Origin: Octopus bimaculoides
Lineage: Eukaryota
Length of the DNA: 37,590 nucleotides
Assembly (NCBI RefSeq): GCF_001194135.2
Contig: NC_068986.1
Span: 68,014,120 to 68,051,709 of the forward strand
Direction of reading: 5' to 3'
Within the stretch, counting starts at the first letter, position 1. Each line of letters begins with the position of its first letter. The notes under the pieces were generated by a model. It was given only the letters and a program-made list of their open reading frames with translations. It was not told the origin of the DNA and ran no database searches. Below are positions 9,131 to 21,060 of this stretch, piece by piece. The translations under genes were made by a program, and so were the position numbers.

Positions 9131-9342
9131 TCATAATGATAATAATAATAACATCGAAAAATGAAAAAATACCTTAGGAATGAGATCCCAGGTTCGAAAT
9201 TTCCCCCAATACACCTGATGAAGGCTGGAGGGTTTATCAGCCGAAATGTTGTGTTAACAACAAACAAGATGAGGACAAATATCTGTCAAATGTAATGAAT
9301 GTTAATAATGTACATAATTCCTCTTTTCTAAAATATAGAACT
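9131..9342 (+). mobile_element. Headless inverted second copy of the family D tail
   Basis: Reverse-complement homolog of 8866-8987 (TACCTTAGGAATGAGA.CCCAGG.., CTGATGAAGGCTGG.., AACAAGATGAGGACAAATA). Confidence 0.8.
9211..9254 (+). ncRNA. Minimal type I hammerhead ribozyme motif (Penelope-like)
   Basis: Stem I ACAC(9211-14)/GTGT(9251-54). Core CTGATGA 9215-9221 plus one extra A. Stem II GGCTG/CAGCC (9223-27/9238-42). GAAA 9243-46. Loopless stem III A(T)GT with predicted cleavage after GTT (9248-50). Confidence 0.65.
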
Positions 9343-9384
9343 ATATTATTTTATATTTGTTTTAAATTATGAATGTGTGTGGTG

Positions 9385-10183
9385 GGGTGTGCATTGCAGA
9401 CGTTTTGAGATTTTTTTGCAATTTTAGTATATCATTATTATACCTCTAAAAAGCTGAAATGCCAACTTCCGTTGGTTGCAACAACATTTTGAAGGAATCC
9501 TTCTAAACACTGCTTTTCACAACTGATTAGTTTGCAGAATGCAGTCGTGAAGGTAATTTGGAAGCTCGCCATGCAATAAAGTTTTTTCTTGAGCTAATGA
9601 AAAATACTACAGAAATTCAATGCTCCAGACCGTTTATGAATCGACTTGTTTCAACTGAGCATCTGTTTTACGCTAGCATAAAGAGGCCAGGCAAAGCATG
9701 TCCACCGGGTATCTCATGATGACCCTTCTTCGACAACAATGGCATCATCTATATCCACTGAATTCTCACTGGCTACACGATTAACAAAGAATAAATTTTA
9801 GCGATTTTGAGGGATTCAGGAAGAGATTTTGTCGCAAAAGATCTGTATTTGCACCATGACAACGCAGCAGTTCTGACTTACATCCTAGTATCCAACTATT
9901 TGATAAATATGGACATCAAAACTGTTCCCCATGCTCTCTATAGTCCCCAAACTGAAGGAGAACCTGAAGAATAGTCATTTTACAGATATTGAGATGGTGA
10001 AGGCGGAATTGAACAAGGGTCCTGGACACTTTCACTTTGGAAGACTTCCATTGGGTCTTCACAAAATGGCTAGAATGTTACAAGTGCATTGCAATCAGAG
10101 GATCGTACTTTGAAAGAGATAAAAGTTTAACACTTCTTTGAAATAACTAAAACAGTCTCAAAACTTCTGGAATGCACCTTGTA
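9385..10183 (+). mobile_element. Mariner DNA transposon, internally deleted
   Basis: TIR remnants 9389-9410 and 10156-10177 (20/22 match) ending in TA. Transposase fragments FFDNNGIIYIH, LHHDNAA, PHALYSP and KCIAIRGSYFE. Confidence 0.85.
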
Positions 10184-10252
10184 CATACATACATACATAC
10201 ATACATACATACATACATGCATACATACATACATGCATACATACATACATAA

Positions 10253-11527
10253 CTCGAAGCGGCAAGTCGCGTATTTGGCGTGGGAGACTATTTATCGAAA
10301 ATACGATGAATACTATCTCCAACTTTGGAGCCACAACTATCAGCTTTGTTAAATAACTGGTTAATATTCAGATGAATTAACTGATTGAGTCTTTTATTAA
10401 CGATCGTAGTGATTTTCGACTGAAACTTGAATTTAAAATGCACAGAGTTACTACAAACATTATGGCTGGACGCAACATCAACAACACAATCGAGGAATAG
10501 AACGAAAACAAAAAGCTCATCAGGTAAACAAATTCTTTCTAGTTGTAGTTATAGAAGAAACAGTAACTACAAAACTCATTTCTCTTGGAGTTATGAACTA
10601 AATTATTTAACTGCTACGAAAATGCGAAACAAAACCAAGCTGTTGGCTATATGAATCGATTGAAATCATATTGGGACGATCTGCATCCAGAATTAAATCA
10701 TTTTACTGCGAAACAACTACGCCAACGAGCAACATTTGTAGAACATAGGAAGAAGGTTAGCAATTGCAAACTGATTACCCTCAAGCAGGATCTAAAAGCT
10801 GTCAGTGAAAAACTCCGACATCAGAAGAGAATAACCGAGAGATTAAGCAATAAACAAAAAAATTAACCGCGACCAGGCAGCAGTATACAGAGACATGAGA
10901 GGAGGAGCAGTAAACATCTCGGAAGCTCCTTCATGAGAAGACATAGACTCCTTCTGGAGGGAAATCTGAAGTGAAGAGAAGGAATTTAACCAAGATGCTC
11001 TGTTGCTGGAAGAAACCCGAGAAAATTTATTGCTCTTGTGTTACATCCAATACATACAACATTGATGGTGAAACTCTTGCAACTGTGATCCAGAAACTCC
11101 AGGATGGATAAGCACCTGGAAGAGACTTGATCGCTGGAAATTGGTACAAGAAGCTAACATTCTACTGACCATATCTTATTAATCTGTACCAGCAAGTTTT
11201 CATTGGGAACAGTAGCATACCACACTGGCTAACTCTAGCAGAGACAAAATTGATCCCCAAATGCAGAACCACCCACATGGCAAAAAACTACCAGCCAATT
11301 GCATGCCAGAATTTAATGCATAAGATATATACAGCATGTTTAAACCTCTTCCTCCAGGACCATATGAAATCAATAACATTATCACAGCTGAACAAGCAGC
11401 TGAGAAGAAGGGAGTATGGGAATGTGCCGAGCAATTGTTAATAAAAATAACTGTGATGTCACAGGTGCGAGAGCACAGAACCTAGTTTCAATGTAGCTAG
11501 ACTACAAGAATGCCTTTGACCCTGGAT
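10253..11527 (+). mobile_element. R4/Dong-like non-LTR retrotransposon remnant (5' part)
   Basis: Decayed frames WSYELN..CYENAK..GYMNRLKSYWDDLHPE..KQLRQRA, YRDMRGG..FWREI, KAPG..WYKKL, LIPK..AKNYQPIACQNLMHKIYT and DYKNAFD. These are the R4-type N-terminus and first RT blocks. Confidence 0.7.
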
Positions 11528-12957
11528 GTCAGAAGCCCCACTTGTGTGTGTATGCGTGTGGGGGGGTATCTGTATGTATGTATGTATGTATGTATGTATG
11601 TACGTATGTATGTATGTATGTATGTATGTATGTATGTATGTATGTATATTATGGACAGAAAGAGAGATAGATGCGTACACACATATTCGTGTATTTTTGT
11701 GTGCACCGATATAAAACGGTTTATCAAGTTGCGTCGGATAATGGCAAAATCAGTAATTGCGATAAGTGGGTCTATAAAATAAGTAGCAGATTTAATTAGT
11801 CGAATCACGATCGACTCCAAAAAATATTGAATATATAAAATCCTCTGAAGAGATTACCGAAGTCGGTATTTAGTGTTATTTTACTGTATTTACTCTTTCA
11901 TGATGCAATAAAACTTAAATCTCCATGCAAGCTCTATTTCTGTTAACAGCATTAAATTTTGGAATTACATTAGAATTAAATCATTTGCTGCAGAGTTCTT
12001 AACTAAAAGACTAACGGAATTTAAATCCATCCATCTTTACATTCAGTGTTTAAATTCAGCTGGAGAAGTTATTTTATTTAATCCCTCTGGCGCCGATATA
12101 CTAAGTATTACTTATACATAATAATTAATACATTCACTTATGCTCCTTACTTGCAAATCAGTTGCCTTGTGCTAATTTAATAACAGCTTATTAAATTATT
12201 TTCTAATAAAAACCAAAAGATTGTGTGCTTTGATAAAATATTGTATTCTTATCGAATAGGAACGGGGAAGAGAAATGGAAAATTGTAAAGTTCATGCCTT
12301 TTTGAATAGTATTAACGCTCTTCTAGAAAATCTCATTTAACTTTATGCAGTGATCTAAAGTCTCCCTTGGTTTTACAGCTGAATCATGTTTACCATTATA
12401 CAATATATGCTGCGGGTTTACACATGGAAGTAATATAAGAAACGAACTTTATAAATAACAGTGAGATTTTATTCGTCCACAAAGTAATACAGTGGATCAA
12501 GAAAGAAACATCACGAATTCTGGTGGTTGTAGTTCATCCATCGTTTGGATAATTCAGCTTGGGTCGTCGTTGGTTATATTTACTCCATTATTCTAGTGAA
12601 TAACGGCAGGAAATCAACATATCTCGCCTTCATGAAAATCACACGTCCTCCTGCTTGTAGATAAATTTTCACACCGATTTACAGAAAAAAGTGGCTCGCT
12701 ACAAACTCGATATTGATTCTTTTTACATAGAAAAGAAGGTATCAATTGATATGAGAAGGGTATCATTCAATTACAAGCTCTTATTTGTGCTAATAGATTT
12801 CTTCTACGGCGCCGTGTAACCTGCTAGAAATTGCAACCAAATCAATCTCCTTCAATGACATTCTACCTCATAAAATAAAAAGAATATATTGTACAATTTG
12901 CTTCTAGATACATTATACTTGAAATTAGAAGATAGGATGAGCACTGCGGAAACATGA

Positions 12958-13004
<47 letters not shown>

Positions 13005-13356
13005 NNNNNNNNNNNNNNNNNNNNNNNNNNNNNNNNNNNNNNNNNNNNNNNNNNNNNNNNNNNNNNNNNNNNNNNNNNNNNNNNNNNNNNNNNNNNNNNN
13101 NNNNNNNNNNNNNNNNNNNNNNNNNNNNNNNNNNNNNNNNNNNNNNNNNNNNNNNNNNNNNNNNNNNNNNNNNNNNNNNNNNNNNNNNNNNNNNNNNNNN
13201 NNNNNNNNNNNNNNNNNNNNNNNNNNNNNNNNNNNNNNNNNNNNNNNNNNNNNNNNNNNNNNNNNNNNNNNNNNNNNNNNNNNNNNNNNNNNNNNNNNNN
13301 NNNNNNNNNNNNNNNNNNNNNNNNNNNNNNNNNNNNNNNNNNNNNNNNNNNNNNNN

Positions 13357-13580
13357 GTGTGTGTGTGTGTGTGTGTGTGAATATGTTTGTGTATCTGTGT
13401 TTGTCCCCCAAACATCGCTTGACAGCCGATGCCGTAACTTGGCGGTTTGGCAAAAGAGACCGATAGAATAAGTACTAAGCTTACAAAGAATAAGTCCTGG
13501 GGTCGATTAGCTCGACTAAAGGCGGTACTCTAGCATGGCCACAGTCAAATGACTGAAACAAGTAAAAGAATAAAAGAATA
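13357..13580 (+). mobile_element. SINE family C, 3' half
   Basis: GAGACCGATAGAATAAGTACT..GGGGTCGAT..CTAGCATGGCCACAGTCAAATGACTGAAACAAGTAAAAG. The 5' part lies in an N gap. Confidence 0.8.
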
Positions 13581-14281
13581 TGTGGTTATATATATATGTG
13601 CCTCCATACGGAAGCTGTTGATAACAAAATGTGATAAAATACTCTCTGTGGGGGTTAATACGTAGATAAAACTAATCAACAAGTCAGCTTGAAGAGTTTA
13701 TTTATCTCTTAAGTCAAACGGCGTGTGTAGGTCGTGTACACATTTCTAACATCATAAAACGTTGTTGGTTTGTTGTAAGCTGACTGTCTGTTTTGTTGAT
13801 TTTAACGTCTTATCTACAGACATTATAAACTCTTTTACAAACTTTTCGCTTAAAACTCAAACTATTTAAATGTGTTAGACAAGAAGAAAATGACAAAAAT
13901 CAACGTGACATAAAGAGAGAGAAGAGAAATAAAAGATATAAGAGAAAGAAGAATTGGGGGTGGAAAATCGGGAGACAAAACTTGACATTTCGTTAGAAAG
14001 CTGGTTAATGGAAGGAATTTGTTAGCTAACGGTTACCAGCGTATAGAAAACGCGTTAGATCTTGGAGACAAATTTGTTCTTTTAGAAAATTATACATATG
14101 ATAACAGCAAGTAATTTTCTTAATGAAAAAATTTGTACATATAAACTAAATTATCTTCTTTCTAATCATTCAATGTAGCCACCCTCAACTTAAACAACTG
14201 CTTCCGATATGAACCAGGACATTACTCTGACTATGACAGCTTTCAAAGAATCCTTGGTGTTATGGGAACGTTGATTTACCT

Positions 14282-14329
<48 letters not shown>

Positions 14330-14371
14330 CTCTCTCTCTCTTTTTCTCTCTTTCCCTCTCTCAACAACGCT

Positions 14372-15368
14372 CCACACATACTAGTCCAATGGATTGAGAT
14401 CTGGTGAGTTTGGAGGTGAAATGTTAGGGGTTATGTAATCATGAAAATTGTGAGCCAGGCCATCCATTCTTGGCTTACTTGAGCCTTATGTGATGGTGCT
14501 GAGTCCCACTGAATTATGTACAGCATCCTATTGAGTACTCTATCTATCCAGGGCTTGACAACTGTTTCCAGGACCTCAATGTGGCCAGCAGAGTTAACTC
14601 TCACGCTTTGGGGAAAGAAGTGAGAAGGCATCACATCTTACAGTACTGACGATTCCAAAAGCCATGATTGTTGCAGGAAATTTTGCATGCATGGTTGTTG
14701 GAACTTCAGAAAGGTTATTTTTTTCTGTTAAACTTCTATTTAAAGTTGTTCTCATCTGAGAAAAACAAAATCATATCATGTTCCTCTGGGTTTTTAACTC
14801 TATTTAATAACCTTTTAGATCTGATAAACGATTTTACTTCGTTATCTCTAACATAAATTTATCTCTCATCATCGCATGACTTGTACCGGATGTCTTTGTA
14901 GACAACATTTCTTATTGTCCCTTCTGACACATAGAAATCATTTGCAATTGACCTTATGGATTTTCTGGGATTTCCGTCAATAATCTGCTGAAGTTGTTGA
15001 ATAAATTCGGGCGTTTTGATGGTATTGAAGCGTTGGAAATGCATCTTACGTTTCGATACCTTTCCAGCTGCGGCTTCTGCAGTGATACCGTTCCATCTGC
15101 GGCTTCTAACATTTTGCGAACTTTGTAGTCAAAAAATCTGGTGACTTTCGAAAACTGAGCAATCTCTAAATCGCTGTGCTCAGCCTTTAAGGCCAAAATA
15201 ATAGCATGCCTCTTCATTTCTTGAGTAAGATAAGTGTCTACCATTATTATTTTCTGAAACATAAATGACATAAAGTTAATTTTAAAATCGTAATAACACA
15301 AAAATATCATGTTCTCAAATATCCTACAGACATTGTATTGATCGCGGTGCAAATATGGCTGCGGTATA
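14372..15368 (-). mobile_element. Tc1/mariner maT (DD37D-type) transposon remnant
   Basis: Minus frames MKRHAIILALKAEHSDLEIA.., PRKSIRSIA, LFFSDE, AKFPATIM, MPSHFFPQ..VVKPWI, WDSAPSHKA and PPNSPDLNPLD. Confidence 0.85.
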
Positions 15369-15437
15369 ATTCTGAAGGATTCACTAACATAATTTTCTAT
15401 CATTTTTTTAATATTTCATAAAATAATTATTTTTCAG

Positions 15438-15479
15438 AACGGTGGGTCTCGAAGCAGACAAAGCTATAGACAATAGTAC
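15438..15479 (+). other. Candidate 42-nt internal exon of an unidentified gene
   Basis: TTATTTTTCAG| acceptor and |GTAAGTAT donor. One open frame, TVGLEADKAIDNS. Confidence 0.3.
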
Positions 15480-15720
15480 GTAAGTATTAGGTTTAAAAGA
15501 CCCAATACTTACACTCGAAGGCTGCCCGTGGAACCCTAATTAACATCACTTGAGGGCAACCATCGGCTTTTATCAATCAAAGGATTCTTTTTTAACAAAT
15601 GTTTGCACACTATTGTTTATAGTTTTTTTCTATTTCGTGATCCAGCGATAGAAAAAAGGAATTATATCACGTTCTCTCGGAGTGTATAAATTCTTATGAT
15701 GTCAAATTCATAAAATGTAA

Positions 15721-15808
15721 AACGGTAAGTTGCGGGGAAGTAAACATGCCAACGCCGGCTGTCAAGGGGTGACAGGTGACAAATACAGATACAAAGACAC
15801 ACACGTAT

Positions 15809-15844
<36 letters not shown>

Positions 15845-15890
15845 ACACACACACACACACATGTATATAGGAGACCAAAATGTACGTACT

Positions 15891-15958
<68 letters not shown>

Positions 15959-16093
15959 GAAAGGGTTCTTTTCGTTTCGATCTACCAAATCGTCTCACAA
16001 TGGTTTGGTCAGCCCGAGGCTATAATAAAAGACACTTTCCCGAGGCACCATGAACCCGAAACCACTGGAAAGCAAACTTCTTACCACGCAGCC
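15721..16093 (-). mobile_element. SINE family C, old and degenerate, expanded internal microsatellites
   Basis: CCCGAGGCTATAATAAAAGACACTT..CTTACCACGCAGCC matches the other family C copies. Confidence 0.65.
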
Positions 16094-16598
16094 CTGCCAA
16101 CACCAAACTTATTAAATTAAATGCAATATAAGCACAAAACTAAATGTACTTTAATGTTATTGTTTGTAAGATATATTATGGTAATTAACTGCTTTACGCA
16201 GTTAATTACCATAATATATCTTACATGTGATTTAGTCAATCATATCCTGCTCAGTATTTATTTTATTCTGTTTTTCTGTCATCACCATTTGTCCCACCGT
16301 TAACTTAGGGAGCACAATGGTAAAAGCATAAACACCATCACTTTTAACGGCTCCATAGACTGAGATTTACAGAATCTATAATGTTATTTATTAATGAAGC
16401 ACACTTTAAAAGATACTAAAAACCCGTAAAACTTTTCATAAACTGTTAATATGCTGCTTTATACGAGTGTTTATACATTAAGTGCTAATATTCGTTATTT
16501 ACACAACTTAAAAGTTATCTGTCAGACATAGGATACATATAAACCACTTGCGTTTATAAACATCTATATACGAATTTCCCATCTCTCTCCTCACTCTT

Positions 16599-16652
<54 letters not shown>

Positions 16653-17789
16653 NNNNNNNNNNNNNNNNNNNNNNNNNNNNNNNNNNNNNNNNNNNNNNNN
16701 NNNNNNNNNNNNNNNNNNNNNNNNNNNNNNNNNNNNNNNNNNNNNNNNNNNNNNNNNNNNNNNNNNNNNNNNNNNNNNNNNNNNNNNNNNNNNNNNNNNN
16801 NNNNNNNNNNNNNNNNNNNNNNNNNNNNNNNNNNNNNNNNNNNNNNNNNNNNNNNNNNNNNNNNNNNNNNNNNNNNNNNNNNNNNNNNNNNNNNNNNNNN
16901 NNNNNNNNNNNNNNNNNNNNNNNNNNNNNNNNNNNNNNNNNNNNNNNNNNNNNNNNNNNNNNNNNNNNNNNNNNNNNNNNNNNNNNNNNNNNNNNNNNNN
17001 NNNNNNNNNNNNNNNNNNNNNNNNNNNNNNNNNNNNNNNNNNNNNNNNNNNNNNNNNNNNNNNNNNNNNNNNNNNNNNNNNNNNNNNNNNNNNNNNNNNN
17101 NNNNNNNNNNNNNNNNNNNNNNNNNNNNNNNNNNNNNNNNNNNNNNNNNNNNNNNNNNNNNNNNNNNNNNNNNNNNNNNNNNNNNNNNNNNNNNNNNNNN
17201 NNNNNNNNNNNNNNNNNNNNNNNNNNNNNNNNNNNNNNNNNNNNNNNNNNNNNNNNNNNNNNNNNNNNNNNNNNNNNNNNNNNNNNNNNNNNNNNNNNNN
17301 NNNNNNNNNNNNNNNNNNNNNNNNNNNNNNNNNNNNNNNNNNNNNNNNNNNNNNNNNNNNNNNNNNNNNNNNNNNNNNNNNNNNNNNNNNNNNNNNNNNN
17401 NNNNGTGATGCCTTATTATTGCAGAGAACTCTGAGCATACCTGGGATCTTCCTCTTCACAAACGTAATATATATATATGACTATATATAATCTTTTAAGT
17501 TGTATGTTCGTCACATCTGTGAACAGAAGTTCAGAAAAAGATGATGAGTGTTATAAGCTGTATAGGAGTGAGCGTTCCTTCATATGTCATCAAACACTTC
17601 GTTTATATACAAGGCGTGTGGGGGGAAGTAGCTAAACTATCGAGATGCAGTTGGTATCTTTGATAACCTAATCGTCCTACAACCAGATAAGTAATGAGAT
17701 GCTGATTGTTTAGCAAAGGCTGTTTTTTAAGATGAGAAAGAGATCAAATGTGATTGGAGTTCTTTTGAGTGTTTTGTCTGTTACATTGG

Positions 17790-17923
17790 ATGGACGATAA
17801 TCCTAATAGCTGCAAAGAGTTCACAATGCTAAACGTTTCGGCTATTATGCCAACTACATTTGTAGGGGTGAGGTGCGAGAACAAAGATTCGTAATAAACA
17901 TTGAAGTCACCGAAAACGAATAC

Positions 17924-17975
<52 letters not shown>

Positions 17976-18020
17976 GAGAGACAGAGAGAGAGAGAGACAG
18001 ATAGACAGACAGACAGACAA

Positions 18021-18052
<32 letters not shown>

Positions 18053-18056
18053 AAAA

Positions 18057-18101
<45 letters not shown>

Positions 18102-18400
18102 TAAATGGGATGTCTGAACAAGACATAGTCGAACCTTTGTTGGTAAGGCAAAGATGTCTAAAGTGGCAAAGACACAAGATTGAGTTAGAAGACTGTACGG
18201 GAGGCTTTGAGCTAGAAGTTTTGGATGTCTTTGTTGCTGATATCTAGATGAGAGCAGTTTGTAGTTGGAAAACTGGATTCTAAATTTGTGTAGGCTCAAC
18301 CCTTCAGTGCAAAGTTTAAATATAAAGTGTAACCTGAATATCAGTGATGAGTTATGGATTGAGGTGAGGAATATTCGTCTCGGAGAGAAACAGGATGTAA
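17790..18400 (-). mobile_element. CR1/Jockey-type LINE apurinic endonuclease remnant split by (GA)n/(GACA)n
   Basis: Minus frame VFVFGDFNVY (GDFN at 17900-17911) followed by T..VGIIAETF...L. Confidence 0.5.
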
Positions 18401-18573
18401 TGAATTGCATATTATTAAGAGTGATTGGCAGGTTCGAGATGTGCGTTTGTGTAAGTCATTGGAGGAATTTCATCATATAAAACCACCGCGAAAATATTGT
18501 TGTTACTCTCAATATCAGCATAGTTTTCGATCTATCACATGTTTAGATATCCGAACTTACCCATTAAAGATTT

Positions 18574-18773
18574 CATCGAGCTGGCATATATTAGATAAAA
18601 TGTTTCTTCGCAATCCATACCAACATCGCGTGCATCGATGGAATACTCTTCGGACCCTTTTCTATCAAACCATTATATTTCAATGTTCGGGGTTATTCCT
18701 ACATTCCTATCTTTGTACATTATGAATATATTTTCTGTTACTAACAAACGGTACTACACAGATTACCCATTCC
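18574..18773 (+). repeat. Left arm of a ~200-bp inverted repeat pair
   Basis: Roughly 90% reverse-complement match (by eye) to 20874-21060. Confidence 0.9.
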
Positions 18774-19866
18774 CTCCTCCCTCTGTACACTACAGCCCCT
18801 ATGCAGCTTTCAAATTTCTCGACATTTGCCATTTACAGAAACCATGAAACACAGATTGAGGAAAAAATTTGGCAATATACCCACCTAATGTGTAACTGAA
18901 AAGCCGACGAAACGAACGCGACAGGAAGAATATAAGGACGTCGTGGAAACATTTTCGAGTGAATCCGTTATTAACGCCAATATCTATACATAAAGCAGTT
19001 GATGGGGGAAAAAAACACCCCATGGACTCTGAAAGACTCTCCAAACAGTCGAAAACATACAAATCTTGAACTCAGGAACATCAAAAAAATATCAGAGAGA
19101 ATATCTCCAATAGGTACTTTGAGGAGCTAAATATCAAAAGACCAGATGAGATACCAGCAAGCCGATAAAGAAAAAGAAAAAAGCAGAAACTACTATCAAT
19201 AAGCTGTCAGAAGTGCAGTACTATATAGAGGCAGTCCAGGAAGAATTTTACTAAGTACAGTTCTAGCATTGCTCTGAATCTTTCAGCAACTTGTACTTCT
19301 TTGACTCAAGTGCAAGGACATGCAACTTCTGTTTCTTTGACTCAAGTGCTAGGGCAAATGCATACCTGGCAATTCCAGTCAGTGTTTCGGCAGCGATTTC
19401 AGTTTTAAAGACCCAACAAATAGTACCGTAGCTTTTGCTATTTTTAAGTTTGAATTGAGCTAATTTCTTTTATGTCCGCTTCCGTATACATATTTTTTCT
19501 TCGTCTTTTCCTGAATTATCTCCTGTGACATGAAAATTCTGCGCGTTTTCACAAAATTCTTGCATCTATATACTTTTTAACTCTACTCATGATAGATCTA
19601 AAACTTTTGTCTGTTCATTTAGTGTTGAAGGTGGATTTGTTTTTCACGCAGCTCCTGTGTCAACGGGCCGCAGTATCTCGAATCGCATAAGAGTTGCTAC
19701 TAATCGTTGTTGCTGTTGTTATTGTTACTGTTGCTGTCTTCCAAATTACTTATTTGAGTATTATTTAGGACATCTTTTAATTGCTCACTTCCTTTTGTAC
19801 ACTTTTTTTAATTTTCGTTTGTACTATCTATTTAGCTATTGTAAGGCTTTCTCTTCTGTGCGCGTG

Positions 19867-19920
<54 letters not shown>

Positions 19921-20087
19921 CTGGACAATTATCACTATAAAATGCCTTTATTTCAGTCTTTTTATTCCATGTCATACTATGTCTCCCCCGGTAGATAGAC
20001 CACTTGATCAGGACGGACTTCTGCATTATTTGGGACAATTTATAATGTCTCCATTAGCGACTTTTTTTTTTATTTTAGTGCAAAGAT

Positions 20088-20245
20088 TAAAGATTTTTCT
20101 TACATCCTGCTCTTAAACATCCAACGTAAGGCTGACCAAGGTGTAAACCGGCAACCAAAAATATTTACCTTTAAGATTTGTTGATGGTCATAGCATAATT
20201 AAGACTCACTGGAAATTGAAGTCATTCGAATTGAAATGGGACATT
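20088..20245 (-). mobile_element. Helitron PIF1 helicase C-terminal fragment
   Basis: Minus frames VPFQFE*LQFPVSLNYAMTINKS* and VAGL..GQPYVGCLRAG.KKNL match the QFP..L.(F/Y)AMTINKSQGQ and GQLYV.CSRV helicase motifs. Confidence 0.8.
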
Positions 20246-20873
20246 GTCTCCTGAGTCTGTGCGGCAGAGGATCTTGTATGCTTATCATTGAATCGATACA
20301 TCCTATGTTTGGATGTCTCATGAGACCATGTAACGGAAACTTGAGTTCACATATCATCAAGTCTATTCCTTCTGTGTTCAGGTGTCACCTGAGCTCACCG
20401 CTGATGCTTTGTGAGAGTCTTTCAAATCTATCACCCTAATGAAATTCCTCGCACACGTCTGCGCGCGCGCACACACACACACACACAACGTGAACGAGAT
20501 ACGTAGGAAAAGATTGAGAGAGAGTGATAAATATTTAGAGATAGGTGTAAGTTTACAGTGAGGAAAACATAAAAAGCAGAGAAGGAAAGATAGAGAGGAG
20601 GATCTTTTCTGTTGCTCTCACAGATTTTGAAATTGTGAACTTTAGCGAAAATTTTCAAATTTAGTATAGTGATGTAATTTTTCACACTGAATCCGATTTT
20701 GTGATTCATTCAACCCATAAAAAAAATTTCAGAAAAATGTTTCAGATGTTTAAAGTTTGATAATGTTTACCCAATCAGAATTGGAAGCTAACATTTTCTG
20801 CGTGAAGCTATCTATCACAAAATGAATGCAAACACATTATGACGACGAAGTTTTAAAGAAAATGAAAGAGTAA

Positions 20874-21060
20874 GGAATGGGTCATCTGTGTAGTACCAGA
20901 AAATATAGTCATAATGTACAAAGATAGGAATGTAGGAATCACCCCGAACATTAAAATATAATGGTTTGGTAGAAAAGGGTCCGAAGAGTATTCCATCGAC
21001 ACACGCGACGTTGGTATGGATTGCGAGGAAAAATTTTATCTAATATATGCTAGCTTGATG
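20874..21060 (-). repeat. Right arm of a ~200-bp inverted repeat pair
   Basis: Reverse complement of 18574-18773, lacking an insert of about 12 bp. Confidence 0.9.

Noticed and set aside
12361-12440. Other possible small exons (12379-12429, 17424-17462, 24516 onward)
   Set aside because: Reasonable acceptors but weak donors, and the phases could not be chained into a coherent protein.
12852-13466. Long ORFs containing X runs (also at 16554, 21684, 31313, 33912, 35444)
   Set aside because: They are open only because they cross assembly N gaps.
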